DNA of 64,000 nt from Mytilus californianus (GCF_021869535.1 NW_026262604.1:6696001-6760000); one strand, 5' to 3'. Positions 24,607 to 39,054 are shown, counted from the stretch's first letter. Numbers and translations: made by a program. Notes: generated from the letters alone by a model not told the origin.

Positions 24607-27223
24607 AAATAAGGTTTGTTCCGTTGGTACATTGAAATATAATTTTCAAAACGATAAACATTTTTTTCATATTTTTGATTGCCTAAATAGTGCAATAGCG
24701 CTTATTACTAGTATCCGAAATATGTGTTCTTAACACTGAAACTCGAATTATACGATCACATTGATATTGCTCCGTCTGCTGCACAAGAAGGAAAATGATT
24801 GCCTACCGAAGTAAGAATTTCAGAGAGACAAAGGCCGCATCACACTGTTCATGCGAAACATCTATTGTGTACTCAAGTTTTATCGTTGACATCTTTGAAA
24901 TAAAACTAATCGATTATTTAACATGCAGTAAATTCTAATCAGTAGTTAATTAACAGCCTCAAGTATTCGCAAAATAAACGCATTGATATTTTCATAATTA
25001 GTGTTCAAAAACGTAATTAAACTTGTTTCAAATTTGTTTATGCCTCAGTGCAATAACGGCCTTATTTGAGAATTAAACTTTAGAACAACACAGTTCAGTA
25101 TTTACTATATGATTTAGTTTTATGAATAATGCTTCAATATCGATGATGAGTTTAATTTTCACCTAATGTTGCCAATGTAACGGAACTAAAAACAACTGTC
25201 ATATAAATGGGAGGTTTAGCAAGCTATATAATCAGGTTTAACCCACCATTTGCTTGTTAAAATGTCTGATCTAAGTCAGGATTATGACAGCTGTTTTCAA
25301 TCGTTCCGTTGGTTGATAAACTTAAACGTTCGATTTTGTCATTTTTTATTGTCTTCCCCCTTTTTGAATTTACATCGGAGTTCCGTATTAATGTTTTTTT
25401 TTCTTCTCCCTTTTTTTGTTTTATCATGATGTTGTTTATTTTACTTTGATACTTTTACACTACATTCTTACTTTTGCGCATTTTTATTTAGTTTTTAATT
25501 ATAAAAGAAATGTTACTTGTAAAACATTAATGTGACAAAGCCCCAACAAGACATATTGTTAGAATCTGTTTTTCATATTTGACTTTTTAAATACAATTCC
25601 ACTTGTGTTTATGTATTTTGGGCTCTAAGTGTTCTTGAAAAAATCAATTCATAGATGCGCAGCAAAGTTGATATTCATTTTCACCTGTTTCTAGGCTGGC
25701 TCACTTATTTTGATTATGTACAATATAATTTCCTGATTTTGGCGCAACAGAATATTCATTTTCATCCTATTTAAGGTCATATCATTTATTTTGAGTACTT
25801 ACCTGGCAAGTACATTAGTTTACAAAACCCTCCTGACCCCCTAAGAAAATTAAATAAAATCGTTCCTTAATTGTTTTTTGTTTCACAAGCCACAGAACAT
25901 GTAGAATGGAAGAGCATAAACAGTATTGTCTTTCAAATACTTACTATTAGTACTAAAATGGCTGTCTTTAGAACTGATTTTTTCCCCCAAGTAAACTCCT
26001 CATTATTTACTTCGAAAATACTTCAGCAGTATTATGTGTTTCGTTTAAAAAAATGTATAGTTTTACTTATAAAATTCCAGTGAGATGAATTTTGCTTACC
26101 AGTATATGAAATGAATATTAGCAATGTATCTATAACAAAAAATATCCGTATGAAACTATCCATTTCCAAATTTATTTCAAATTTTATCTACAACACATAC
26201 GACCGTCATTTGGCGTTTTTATCAACAACGTATACAGCAGGTGTTTTAACATTTTCTTAGTGAAGATACACTTGCATACAAACTAGTATCTTAAATATTA
26301 GGTCAAATAAAACAATTCAATTTTGATATACACAACAAAATTAATGCTTTTAGAAAATAATCCAAAATTTTGATAGCAGAAACATATCTTAGTCGCCTCG
26401 TTCTAAAAATCATTGGTATGTTTATGTTTTCCAATTTAATATATGTATGAAAGGCTCAAAAATAACACAGACAGTTGTAAATGCATACAATGATAACAAA
26501 CGTATTACTGATTTAAAAAAAAGTATAACATAAAATACCGAACTCCAAGATAAATTAAAATAAAAGAAGTCCATACAAATTGACAAAATCAAACGTTATC
26601 AATCAACGGAATGAGTTAAAACAACTGTAATATTCCTGACTTGGTACAGGCATTTTCCGAAGAAAATGGTGGGTTAAACCTGGTTTTATTGCTGCTAAAC
26701 CTCACACTTGAATGACAGTTGTTTATAGTTCCGTTATATTGACAAAATTGATTGAGCAACCCTAAAAAACATAATAGGTAAATATGACTAGAATTGGGAT
26801 CTAGCAGCAAAATCACAATTGACTTAAACATTCAAACAAACTAATCTAACCAAGATTCTGCTTCATTAAATAAGCTGAAAATATACACAGTAAATATCAA
26901 TGATTTTAGGGACTTATTATTAGAGTTAACCATGTCGTCAGTATTATTATAAAACTAACAATATGTATCTTCATGAAGGCATACATCATAGAGTCTCTAT
27001 GAAAGAAATCTCAAAGTAAGACAAAAGCTTGTTTGTGGGGTTAAAACAGATTCGAATGAATAGAATAATCATAGACTGTTAGTACTAAAAAGTAAAATCC
27101 CAATAATGTCATTTTAGTTCTTAACCGACTTTTAATATTGTATGCAGCAGAGGTAACTAAATTGTTTCCGAAGTTCATTCATTCTAAGTTTAATGGGTTT
27201 AGATATGGATTAAAGTCATTAAT

Positions 27224-27418
27224 ACAGTAATATCTTTTTGTTACTTCATTGATAAGAGGCAGCAGTAGTTTACAGTAATATCTTTGTGTTACGTCATTGA
27301 TAAGAGGCAACAGTAGTTTACAGTAATATCTTTTTGTTACGTCATTGATAAGAGGCAACAGTAGTTTACAGTAATATCTTTTTGTTACGTCATTGATAAG
27401 AGACAACAGTAGTTTACT
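27224..27418. repeat. 48-bp minisatellite, ~4 copies
   Basis: Unit acagtaatatctttttgttacgtcattgataagaggcaacagtagttt; it explains the repetitive ORF 27179-27460. Confidence 0.9.
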
Positions 27419-29346
27419 GATGTTCACATCTCGTAAATCTATTTTGATTATAAACATCAACTGAAAACTGAATCCCTGCTAGAAGAGTTTTTGCGTTTCC
27501 AGCAAAAAGCGTTCTACCTTTAATGGATTGAGAATGTGTTCGTCGTCAGGATAAGCAACGCATATTATGATAGACTTATTACCGGGTTTGTACTAGCTTG
27601 AGCAACACGACGGGTGCCGCATGTGGAGCAGGATCTGCTTACCCTTCCGGTGCACCTGAGATCACCCCAAGCTTGGTGGGATTCGTGTTACTCAGTCTTC
27701 AGTTTTCTATGTTGTGTTTTGTGTACTATTGTTTGTCTGTTGGTCGTTTAGCCATGACGTTGTCAGTTTAATTTCGAATTATGAGTTTGAATGTCCCTCT
27801 TGTATCTTTCGCCTCTTATATGGATGCTGGCAAAATATAAACAGAGTTACATGGAGTAATGTTATAATAATGTAAACATGCAGGCGTTGAACTGAGATAA
27901 GTAAACGGCATCTGATAGAAAAGATGAGAAATGGGAAGTGATGGGGAAACTGAAATCGTCATGTTTGTCATAAATCCTAGTTTTAAGTTGTCCTTCTGTG
28001 TCAATTTCAAGAAGTAGAAAAAGACCTATTACATTTTCCACGCAATAAAAAGAATTTCGTAACATTCTGTTTATCTGAGAGTAAAATATTAATCCATTTC
28101 GGTATATAGATTTTGCTGTCGTGTTTTCTGTTTTTCTTATGTTTAATTTTTAATCAAAAGAAGAGAAGTTGCAACCAAAACAAAGGTATACTCACAAATC
28201 GACAACACCAATTGATTCCAAACTATTTTATGCATGATTACTAAAAAAAGACAATGCATTATTAAATTCGTACTTCAATGCATGTTCAAAGTAATCTAAA
28301 TCTTGATTTAAAATAATGTACAATAGAACGCCTTATGTCGTTTTAACACTTGATATATCAATCAATTTCGCTTTTAAGTATTATCAATTCAGTTTCAGTG
28401 CTTCTGTACTGGCAGGATTTATGACGTAATCATCTATTATTCTCCGTTGATATATTTGGAAGATATAAACAAGTAAAGTTCCAATTCTCTCAAGCAAAGT
28501 TGACCATAGACGATTTTGGCTATTCCTTTGAGGCCATATAACTCATAAAGTTTCTATGTATCTACACATCATTGGTTATTAAATTCTTAGGTTTCAGCAT
28601 TTCTGATAAAGTTAAATCCGGAAAAGCGCTTCGCACGCATGAAATGTATGAGATGTAATTTCCATTGATAAGATAAATGAATTGAATGTAAGCTTGACCT
28701 TCGTCAAACACAATTTTACATTAGTCAAGTATAAAATAGAGTCTGGATGGGGTTTCTTCAATTCTGTTTTCTTTATTTTTTAAGGCAATTTTTTTCTTTT
28801 CTCTAGTTTTTGTACACCAATCTCTATTCTTTATATTTTAGTAACCCATTATTCTCTATTCTTTAAATTTGTTGCACATCATTTTGCATTTTTTGCCCAT
28901 TACTATCTATATCTTATAAACCCAATATAGACCCTCATGGAAGAAAATACATCTATTTTCGTTTTCAAAGCAAAATAACCAAAACATTATATGTTATTTA
29001 TTTCAACCATTTTTATAATGTAAAATCACAAATTGTATATTGCAGACAGGTAAACCGTGAATAACATATGTTGCAAACTAAATAGTCGTTTAAAACAATT
29101 TCTATAAGAACAACTAATCACTTGATATACTTTCTATGCATTCGATAACTTGCTTTGAGTTTTCAATGTTGATGTAGAATATCGCTGCTGAGTAAATATA
29201 TGTCGTCTAAATGTTTGTTTGGTTTAGTAGTTTACAGAGAGATTATCTTGGAAAGTATTTATGAGATTTGTTTGCTCGTTATAGTATATTTTCGTTCTGT
29301 ATTCTTAAATATACCGAATAATTAACGTCTTATCTTTCAGCCTCGA

Positions 29347-29390
29347 GCATCACTGAAGAGACATTTATTGTCGAAATGCAAATCTGATTC
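29347..29390 (+). ncRNA. Minimal type I hammerhead ribozyme motif (Penelope-associated)
   Basis: gcatca-CTGAAGA-gac(atttatt)gtc-GAAA-tgcaaa-TC-tgattc: complete core, 3-bp helix II, AUC cleavage triplet; helix III is imperfect. Confidence 0.65.
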
Positions 29391-32300
29391 AGAAAAATTG
29401 GTACCTATAAAGTTATTACTATTAAAAGCACTAAAACTAGTCATGCTGTACGTCTTACATACATATATTAACTACAGTTGTTTGTTATCTTCTGTTCAAA
29501 GCAAGAAGAAGCTGTTCTGGGTAACCTATTAAGTATGAAAAATTGCAGTTTTATATTTTTCGACGTCAGTTCCACAGTCCTGAAATACACAGTTTTTAAA
29601 CCACAAACAATAACAGAGTTTAAATGTACAGTTTTATTTCTATAATGGACTAACTGCTCTTCTATTATAGAATTTCAAATATTAAAATCTAACATACGAC
29701 ACGAACGACTGTCATTTGGCGTTTTTATCAACAACGTTTACTTATGGTGTTTTTACATTTTCTTATTCAAGATACACTTGCATACAAACTATCATCATAA
29801 AGATCGAGTAAAATAAAACAAGTTCAATGTTGATAAACACAACAAAATTAATGCTTTAAGAAAATAATCCAAAATTTTGTTAGCAGAAAAATATCTTAAT
29901 CGCCTCGTTTTAAAAATCATTGGTATGTTTATGTTTTCTAATTTGATAATTTTATGAAAGTCTCAAAAATAACACAGACAGTTATAAATGCATACAATGA
30001 TAACAAACGTATTACTGATTAAAAAAGTATAACATGAATACCGAACTCCAAGATGAATTCAAATAATATGAAGTCCATAAAAACTGACAATATCAAACGT
30101 TATCAATCAACGGAAACAACTGTAATATACCTGATTTGGTACAGACATTTTCCGAAGTAAATAGTCGGTCAAATCTGGTTTTATTGCTGCTAAACCTCAC
30201 ACTTGTATGACAGTTGTTTATAGTTCCGTTATATTGACAAAATTGGTTGAGCAACTCAAACATACCTAATAGGTAAATGTGACTAAAATTGGGATCTAGC
30301 AATCAAAATTGTATAAACATATATCACAACTGACTAAAAAATTCAAACAAACATACAAATTAATCTAACCAAGATTCTCCATCATTTAATAAGCTGAAAA
30401 TATACACAGTGAATATCAATGATCTTAGGGACGTATTATCAGTGTAAACCGTGTCAGTGTTAAAATTTAATTTACAATATGTTTCTTCATGAAGGCATAC
30501 AACATAGAGTCTCTATGAAAGGAACCTTAAAAAATAAAATGACAAAAATACCGAACTTCAAGGAAAATTCAAATCGGAAAGTCCCTTATCAGATGGCAAA
30601 ATTAAAAGCTCAAACACATCAAAAGAATGGAAAACAACTGTCATATTCCTGGCTTGGAAGAGACATTTCCTTATGTAGAAAATGGTGGGTTAAACCTGGT
30701 TTTATAGCTAGCTTCAATAGTTATCAATGCATCATTTGTAAATTATTAAGTCAGGTATTTCGTTACAATAAATTACTTAAAACATTTACTAAATTCTTTC
30801 ATAGATACAAAGATTTGATTTGTGAATTTCGCTGTACCTGTAGAAAACTTATTTAAAACGGTATTTCACATCCTAAATTTTACGGTAATATTGTACTAAA
30901 AGCGCGGACATCACTATGTGATCCGTGTAAACTCATCAAACATTTAAACAAACTTATCAGTAAAGGTTATCTTATTAATGTTGTAATAAGATCTTTGAAT
31001 ATTGTTTACATTGGCACTAACATTGATTTTGTCATCAACAAATTATAACATAACTAAATTGGTATTCTTTTCAAATGGTTTTTTGGGATGTATAAATACA
31101 CATCCACGTTTATTTTCTATATAGAGAATGCTTTATCTATATATAACAAGTTACATATTTATTATAAGGTTAAATCCTAACTATCCTACTGCCTGTCGAT
31201 ACTTTTATTTTGGCATTGCACAAGTCATGTCTTTTTTGACTGTCCATGACGTTAAAACATCCCAGGGATGTGTTTCAATTGATTTTAGTCTCTGATGCAT
31301 GATTTTTTTATTATTAACTGTTTTTGGCTTTTAACTAGCTTTCAGTAACCGCGAGTACTCTCAAATCGTACTTTCGTGTTAATTTGACCTGTTGACACAA
31401 TTTGTAATGCATTTCTGTTATTCAATGTTTCCTTATTTTGTGTTATATGTCGTCTCCACATTTTTAATATGTAACACCTTTGATAAGTATTTAGTATGAC
31501 GATAAATTTTCGCTTCCGTACTCGTACTGTAAACTACAAATTTATTTATTTTGTAAAAAAATGTTTCAGTACTCCTTATGTCGTAACTACAATACCCTTC
31601 CCTTTTCACGAATGTGACCTACCGAATTAGACTATTTACCAGATTTGTAATAACATAAGCAACACGACGGGTGCCACATGTGGAGCAGGATCTGCTTACC
31701 CTTCCGGAGCACCTGAGATCACCCCCAGTTTTTGGTGGGGTTCGTGTTGCTTAGTCTTTAGTTTTCTATGTTCTGTCATCTGTACTATTATTTGTCTGTT
31801 TGTCTTTTTATTTTTGGCCATGGCGTTGTCAGTTTGTTTTCGATCAATGAGTTTGACTGTCCCTCTGTTATCTTTCGTCCCCCTTTTCCTTCTTATTTAT
31901 ATTAGATACGGATTAAAGTCATTATTACAGTAACATACTTTTGTTACGTCATTGATAAGAGGCAACATTACCGATGTTCAAATCTCGTAAAACCATTTAG
32001 AATATAAACAACAAGTGAAAACAGAATCCCTGCTGAAAGAGTTTTTGTGTTCATCGTCAGTCTAAGCAACGCATATTATGGATGCAGACAAATTTTATAG
32101 AGAAATAGATGGAATAATGTTATATTAATGTGAACATGCACGCGTTGCACTGAGATAAGTAAACGGCATATGAAAGGACAGATGAGAAATGGAAGGTGAT
32201 GGGGAAACTGAAATCGTCATGTTTGTCATAAATCCTAATTTTTAGTCGTCCTTCTGTGTGAATTTCAAGAAAAAAAGACCCATTATATTTTCCACGAAAT

Positions 32301-33779
32301 AAAAAGAATTTCGTTAAAATTCTGTTTATCTGAGAGTAAAATATTAATCCCTTTCGGTATATAGATTTTGCTGTCGTGTTTTCTGTTTTTCTTATGTTTA
32401 ATTTTTAATCAAAAGAAGAGATGTTGCAACCAAAACAAAGGTATACTCACAAATCGACAAGACCAATTGATTGCAAACTATTATATAATTACTAAAAATC
32501 GAAAATATATCATTGAATTCGTACTTCGATGCATGTTCAAAGTAATCTTAATCTTCATTAAAACTATTAAAAATAGAACACCTATTGTCATTTTAACACT
32601 TGATTTATTAAACTCAGTGTCAGTGCTTTTGTATTGACAGGATTTATAACGTTATTTTCCATTATTCTCCGTTGATATAATTGGAAGATATTAAAAAGTA
32701 AGGTTCAAATTCTCTCAAGCAAAGTTGACCGTAGACGATTGTGGCTATTCCTTTCAGACCATATAACTCATAACGTTTCTACCTATCCACACATCATTGG
32801 TTATTAAATGCTAAGGTTTCCGCATTTCTGATAAAGTTAAATCCGGAAAAGCGCTTCGGCGCACGAAAATTATGAAGTGTAATTTACATTGTTAAGATAA
32901 ATGAATTGAATGTAAGCTTGGCCTTCGCAAATCATAATTTTATATTGGCAAAGTATTAAAGAGAGTCTGGAGGGGGTTTCTTCATTTCTGTTTTCTTTAT
33001 TTTTAATGCCATTTTCCTATTCTCTATTTTTTGTCCATTAATCTCTATTTTTTATATTTTAGCAACCCATAATTCTCTATTCTTTTTATTTTTGAAACCA
33101 ATTATTCTCTATTCTTCATTTTTTGCCATATTTTTCTCTATTCCTTAAATTTGTTGCCCATTATTCTGCATTTTTTTGGCCATAACTATCTATATTCTAT
33201 AAACCCCATATTGACCCCCAATGCAAGAAAATACAGCTATTTCAATTTTCAATGCAAACTAATCAAAAAATTATATGTTTTTGATTTCAATCATTATTTT
33301 GATGTAAAATCACCAATTGTTTATTCCGCATAACACACAAAAAAACACTATGAATCATAAATACTCTACATGACGGGAATAAATTTTAAGCGAAAAGGAA
33401 ATTTTTTTTATAATTGGAGACCAATATAATCCAATTTTCAAAATGGTGGATGGCCATGATTGCAGACAGGTAAACTGTGAATACTATATGTTGCAAACAA
33501 AACAGTCGTTTAAAACAATTTCCATTAGAACAACTAATCACTTAATATACTTTCTATGCATTCGATAACTTGCTTTGAGTTTTCAATGTTGATGTAGAAT
33601 ATCGCTGCTGAGTAAATATATGCCGTCTAAATGTTTGTTTGGTTTAGTAGTTTACAGAGAGATTATCTGGGAAAGTATTTATAAGATTTGTTTGCTCGTT
33701 ATAGTATATTTTCGTTGATATAAACCCGATCTGTATTCTGAAATATACCGAATAATTACGTCTTATCTTTCAGCCTCGA

Positions 33780-33823
33780 GCATCACTGAAGAGACATTTA
33801 TTGTCCAAATGCAAATCTGATGC
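33780..33823 (+). ncRNA. Duplicated hammerhead motif with core G12>C change (likely inactive)
   Basis: gcatca-CTGAAGA-gac...gtc-CAAA-tgcaaa-TC-tgatgc; helix I is perfect. Confidence 0.55.
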
Positions 33824-35519
33824 AGAAAAATTGGTACCTATCAAGTTATTACTATCAAAAGCACTAAAACTAGTCATGCTGTACGTCTTACATACGAATA
33901 TTAACTAAAGTTCACACTGTGTACATAAATTGTTTGTTATCTTCTGTTCAAAGCCAGAAGAAGCTGTTCTGGGTGACCTATGATGTAAGAAAAATTGCAG
34001 TTTTTATATTTTTCGACGTCAGAACCACAGTCCTGAAATACACAGTTTTTAAACCACAAACAATGGCAGAGTTTAAATGTACAGTTTTATTTCCATAATG
34101 GACTAACTGCTCTTCAATTATAGAATTTCAAATATTCAATTTTAACCTACAACACGTATGACCGTCATTTGTCATTTTTATCAACAACGTTTACTTATGG
34201 TGTTTTTACATTTTCTTAGTGAAGATACATTTGCATACAAACTATTTTCTTAAATATCAGGTATAATAAAACAAGTTCAATTTTGATAAACACAACAAAA
34301 TTAACGCTTTTACAAAATAATCCTAAATTTTGTTAGCAGAAAAATATAAATTGATTGAGCAACTCAAACAGACATAATAGGTAAATGTGACTAGAGTTGG
34401 GATCTAGCAGTCAAAATTGTATAAACATATATCACAACTGACTAAAAAATTCAAACAAACATTTATCAGTGTAAACCGTGTCGTCAGTGTTAAAATTTAA
34501 TTTACAATATGTTTCTTCATGAAGACATACAACATAGAGTCTCTATGAATGGAACCTAAAAAATAATAAAATAACAAAAATACCGAACTTCAAGGAAAAT
34601 TCAAATCGGAAAGTCCCTTATCAAATGGCAAAATTAAAAGCTCAAACACACCAAACGAATAGAAAACAACTGTCATATTCCTGGCTTTGTAGAGGCATTT
34701 CCTTATGTAGAAAATGGTGGGTTAAACCTGGTTTTATAGCTAGCTGCAATCGTAATCAATGCATCATTTCTAAATTATTAAGTCAGGGATTTCGTTACCA
34801 TAAATTACTTAAAACATTTAGTAAATTCTTTCATAGATACAAAGATTGTTTTTGATTAGTAAATTTTGCTGTACCTGTAGAAAACTTATTTAAAACGGTA
34901 TTTCATATCCTAAATTTCACTGTTATATTGTACTAAAAGCGCGGACATCACTATGTGATCCGTGTAAACTCATCCAACATTTAAACAAACTTCTCAGTAA
35001 AGGTTATCTTATTAATCTTGTAATAAGATCTTTGAATATTGTTTACATTTGCACTAACATCGATTTTGTCATAAACAAATTAAAACATAACTAAATTGGT
35101 ATTCTTTTCAAATGGTTGTTTGGGATGAATAAATACACATCCACGTTTATTTTTTATTTAGAGATTGCTTCATCTATATATAACATGATACATATTTATT
35201 ATAAGGTTAAATCCTAACTATCCTACTGCCTGTCGATACTTTTATTTTGGCATTGCACAAGTCATGTCTTCTTTGACTGTCCATGACGTCAAAACAGTAA
35301 ATCCCAGGGAAGTGTTTTAATTGATTTAAGTCTCTGATGCATAATTTTTTATTATTAATTGTTTTTGGCTTTTAACTAGCTTTCAGTAACCGCAAGTACT
35401 CTCAAATCGTACTTTCGTGTTAATTTGACCGGTTGACCCAATTTGTAATGCATTTCTGTTATTCCATGTTTACTTATTTTGTGTTATATCTCGTCTCACT
35501 ATTTTTAATGTACCACCTT

Positions 35520-36620
35520 TGACTTATCTCTTCATTTTCTTTACGACAAATAAGTTTTTCTTCTGGCAGACAAACCTCTAAAATATTGTTATTTGGATGT
35601 ATGACCTAAGAACTCGGAATTTATTGCAAAACTGGGATTTCAATGTAAAGCCTGACACAATTCACGAAAGAGGAGATTTTTCAAATCATAAACAATCCTT
35701 CTCTCCTTTGGTATTAATATAGAATCTTCAATCTCAATACTGGATACTCAAATAAACAAAAATCCTTATAAAGAACTATGTATAGCAGAGTCGTTAAGAT
35801 GTTTCAATCATTCTTTTTGCAGTAAAAGATGGCATTAAGAAATATTGCGAGGAGGTATATTCAACAAGCGGTGTCAATCAGAAGTGGATTCTTAAAATTC
35901 TCAAGATCTGCTGAAAATCTTTAATCCAATTCTAAACAACTTTGAAGTAATATTAAAAGCGTATAATTTTTCTTAAGCTTGCTATACCCCATGTACAATT
36001 GAAAGATGAAAAACTTATCAATTCATTGAATAAAGATTTTCTACACATGGGAATCGTATTTAAAAACTTTTCGTTAAAGGCCATAAAACATTTTGCGAAG
36101 AACCGCACGGATTGCAAAAACCCAACCAATTACACCGAAGATGATATCATCAAAATGTCCAACTTTTTGATCGGCAACATGTTTGTTGAGTTATAAATAG
36201 ATTGATATTTCAACAGACAGTCGACGGTATTACAATGGGTAATAATTGCACGTGCAATCGACTGACATATTTGTTTTTATACTCATATGAAGCAGGTTTC
36301 ATATGAAACATTCTTCGAAAAAAACACCTAGCAAAAATTATAATTTTCTATTTGTCAACTTCCCATTTCTTAGCAGTAGCATACCCTCCTTTTGATCCTT
36401 TTACTTTTACATATTTCACGTTACGCCACTGTATGTGCATGCATATGGAGCTTCATTAGCAACAGTTTGCTCCTTACACAAAACCTGTTCCAACAGAGTT
36501 ATGAGGAAAAAACGAGACTTAAATCGACAGTGCATAAGTTTTAAAGTCTTCTCTTGAATTTGCTGACCAATATGTTATTATACCAGTTTCTCAATTCACT
36601 AGGGAAATGTTTTCGCAGTC
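35520..36620 (+). pseudogene. Decayed Penelope-like reverse transcriptase fragment
   Basis: Fragments KMSNFLIGNMFVEL and IFQQTVDGITMGNNC (RT core-like); multiple stops and frameshifts; paralog of 53700-55090. Confidence 0.7.
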
Positions 36621-37553
36621 TTATTTTATATCTATATTCTAGAATGAAAGATTAAAGGTAAAAACGTAGACCAAGGGTGTAATTATCTGAAAATGAAGCA
36701 TTTAATCTCAAATAAGGATAAAATAAAATCACAAAAAAACTGAACTCCGAGGAAAATTCAAAAAGGAAAGTCCCTAATCAAATGGCAAAATCAAAAGCTC
36801 AAACACATCAAACGAATGGATAACAACTGTCATATTCCTGACTTGGTACAGGCATTTTCGTATGTGAAAAATGGTGGATTAAACCTCAAATCAAATTCCA
36901 TTATATTGACAACGATGTATGAACAAAACAAACAGACACAATAGGTAAAAATGTCACAAATAGGGGTACAACAGCAGCACGAACCCCACCAAACTGTGGG
37001 TAATCAACCGCATTGCTCTTAAATTCTAGGGCACCAAACATTCATCCCTTTTGTTGGACAACCATACCGTGGAATTTGATTGAAAACAAACAATTTTTTT
37101 CAATTACTTACAGACACAGCATTTTGTTTGAAACTCAGTTTTCTCTCAACTTCTCAATTAATTTCTGAAACTTTTTTTTTCTCAAAAAAAAATCAGAATG
37201 AAATATTTTATGATATAAACATGACCTTCCTCTCAACCAACCAACAACACAAAAAAAAATGAATGGTCGGGTTCCAAAGTTCAGCTTAAGATACCTCATT
37301 CAGTAGACAAAATGCAATTCTAGACACGCGATAAAAGTTTTTGATAGCATCATACCAAACAAATTATATAAACGGTCGATTTCCTATCAAGATTGAAAAA
37401 TGTTGAAATATAGTAAAACAGTTTACACATAGATTAGTAAATTCAATTAAACAGTTTTTGATATAATGATTACTACGGATCATACCATTTGCTATATTCT
37501 ACGCCCATTCTTATAAATACCAAGTACTAGTATTATTTCATTGGTAAATCTAA

Positions 37554-37868
37554 TCAATAGAAAAGAGCCAAATTATTATTCTGACAATTTATCACCGTGT
37601 CATTCAGATAAAAATGAGACAATAGACAGCGACTTTTAGCCGGTTTGTAGCCTACAGAAACGCAGAATGTGGTTTGCATACAGTATACAAAACAATCAAT
37701 CATTGCAGTTACAATAATATCATGTGCACTGAAATCCCGCAAAATCTTACATCTAGAAATATGACCGTCAAAGAGTTTTTCCTTTATGTTACAATGTATA
37801 ATCATTGCTGTAAAGATCAAAACAATTCCAAGTATGCGATTTATTTTTGAATTACATGCTTGTTCCAT
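37554..37868 (-). CDS. Secreted single PAN/apple-domain protein, 6-Cys type A (copy A1), 104 aa
   Basis: Hydrophobic N-terminus ILGIVLIFTAMII; C-x3-C-x5-C-x-S-x2-Y-x6-C-x-L PAN core plus two flanking Cys; an intact paralog exists at 55703-56017. Confidence 0.8.
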   Translation of the reverse strand: MEQACNSKINRILGIVLIFTAMIIHCNIKEKLFDGHISRCKILRDFSAHDIIVTAMIDCFVYCMQTTFCVSVGYKPAKSRCLLSHFYLNDTVINCQNNNLALFY

Positions 37869-37919
37869 GGCAGCGTATTTGTATCTAACTGATGATTTCT
37901 ACAATTTCATGCGAATTAA

Positions 37920-38194
37920 GGTGGTACCAAACACCTTGTCTAAAATTAATTTGGCTCGTTTAATTTTCATAAAATGTTGACAAAATATTTTCTTTGACAC
38001 TTTGACAAAAAATATAAAATTTCAAAAAACTTGAACAACACACTTTATCGGAAAAATTTCATTGGACATATAACAGTTTGACAAACACTAATGTTGATCA
38101 TTGAGAAGCTTTAATATTTCCTTAACAATAGAAAGTGATTAAAATGTTCAGCTGATTTTTACAGAGTTATCTCCCTTTAGTGTTATATACCACC
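37920..38194. mobile_element. Non-autonomous DNA transposon with TTAA target duplication (Kolobok-like)
   Basis: ttaa|ggtggta ... taccacc|ttaa; the paralogous site upstream of A2 (~56066) is empty, with a single ttaa. Confidence 0.75.
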
Positions 38195-38894
38195 TTAAGA
38201 CAGCTTTCCTATTTACACACAAATCTCGAAGCATGAGACTAAGAAGCTCTTTATCTTTCCTGAATAAATACTAAATAGATAGTTTTCCAAAATTTTTATA
38301 TACGAGAAACATTTGTATATCATCTGAGCTTTGAGAAGTTTTCAGATATGGGAAAAATAGTAAATTCTGTAAATAATACGTCGCATGGTCACCATTTTTA
38401 AATTCTATGCTAATTCAGGGCAACATCAAACAAAAAAATCCTCAAATAATTAATTGCAGATCGGCATTACGTTGCGTTAAATCATGAAATGGTTTATGAA
38501 GTGCTGTTAGTGAAATCCTTTCAAGATACAATTACAAATTTGCATTTTAAAAAAGATTTCATTAAGTCCGTTTTGCAGAATAGTATCTAGTGTTGAAAAC
38601 AAATTAAACATGTAAGAAAGATTGCATCTAGGAATCCAATTTACTTAAGAATAGATATTCTACTTGGTCTTTAATATACTGTAAAATGTAATGATTTATT
38701 AAAAAAATGTAGAAAAAACAACTTTATTTATTTTATGCGTCCTAAGCGTTGTATCTGTTCCCTGTCTTACATTTTATATTTGAGAAATAAAACTATAGTT
38801 AATTTCATCACTCGCTAACGTTCGGGATGCAACCCATGTGAAAATATCAAACAAATCTATAAGTTGTATGTATTATTTCTAAATAAGTCTTTCA

Positions 38895-39054
38895 GGAGAT
38901 TACTGTATTGCATTTTAAGCTTGGCCTTCATAAAACGTAGATACTGTCGCAAATTGTGTTTACTTAACGATGCGAAGCGGAGCTATGTAGACGGATATTT
39001 GCGACAGTAAAATCTTTACGAAGGCCAAGCTTAAAATACAATACAGTTATCTCC
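38895..39054. repeat. Long palindrome / foldback element
   Basis: ggagattactgtattg...aagcttggccttc...tactgtcgcaaat mirrored by atttgcgacagta...gaaggccaagctt...caatacagttatctcc. Confidence 0.8.

Larger units (their letters stand above)
26100..35510. repeat. Local tandem duplication of a ~4.3-kb unit made of decayed retroelement sequence
   Basis: 27830-29700 matches 32090-34140; 26190-26930, 29705-30470 and 34155-34480 match each other; 30480-31450 matches 34505-35510. Confidence 0.85.

Noticed and set aside
24296-24608. Overlapping GC-rich ORFs
   Set aside because: They lie within a TSD-flanked SINE.
27224-27418. CRISPR-like array
   Set aside because: The repeats are head-to-tail with no unique spacers, there are no cas genes, and the context is eukaryotic.
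27179-27460. Repetitive ORF (KRYYCKLLLPLINDVT)n
   Set aside because: It is the translation of a 48-bp minisatellite; the paralogous sites have one unit and no ORF.
22933-37868. PAN genes acting as the missing signal-peptide exon of the FN3-CUB gene
   Set aside because: The PAN ORFs end in stop codons, and the phase-1 donor candidate in A1 would create TAG at the junction. Only long reads could revive this idea.
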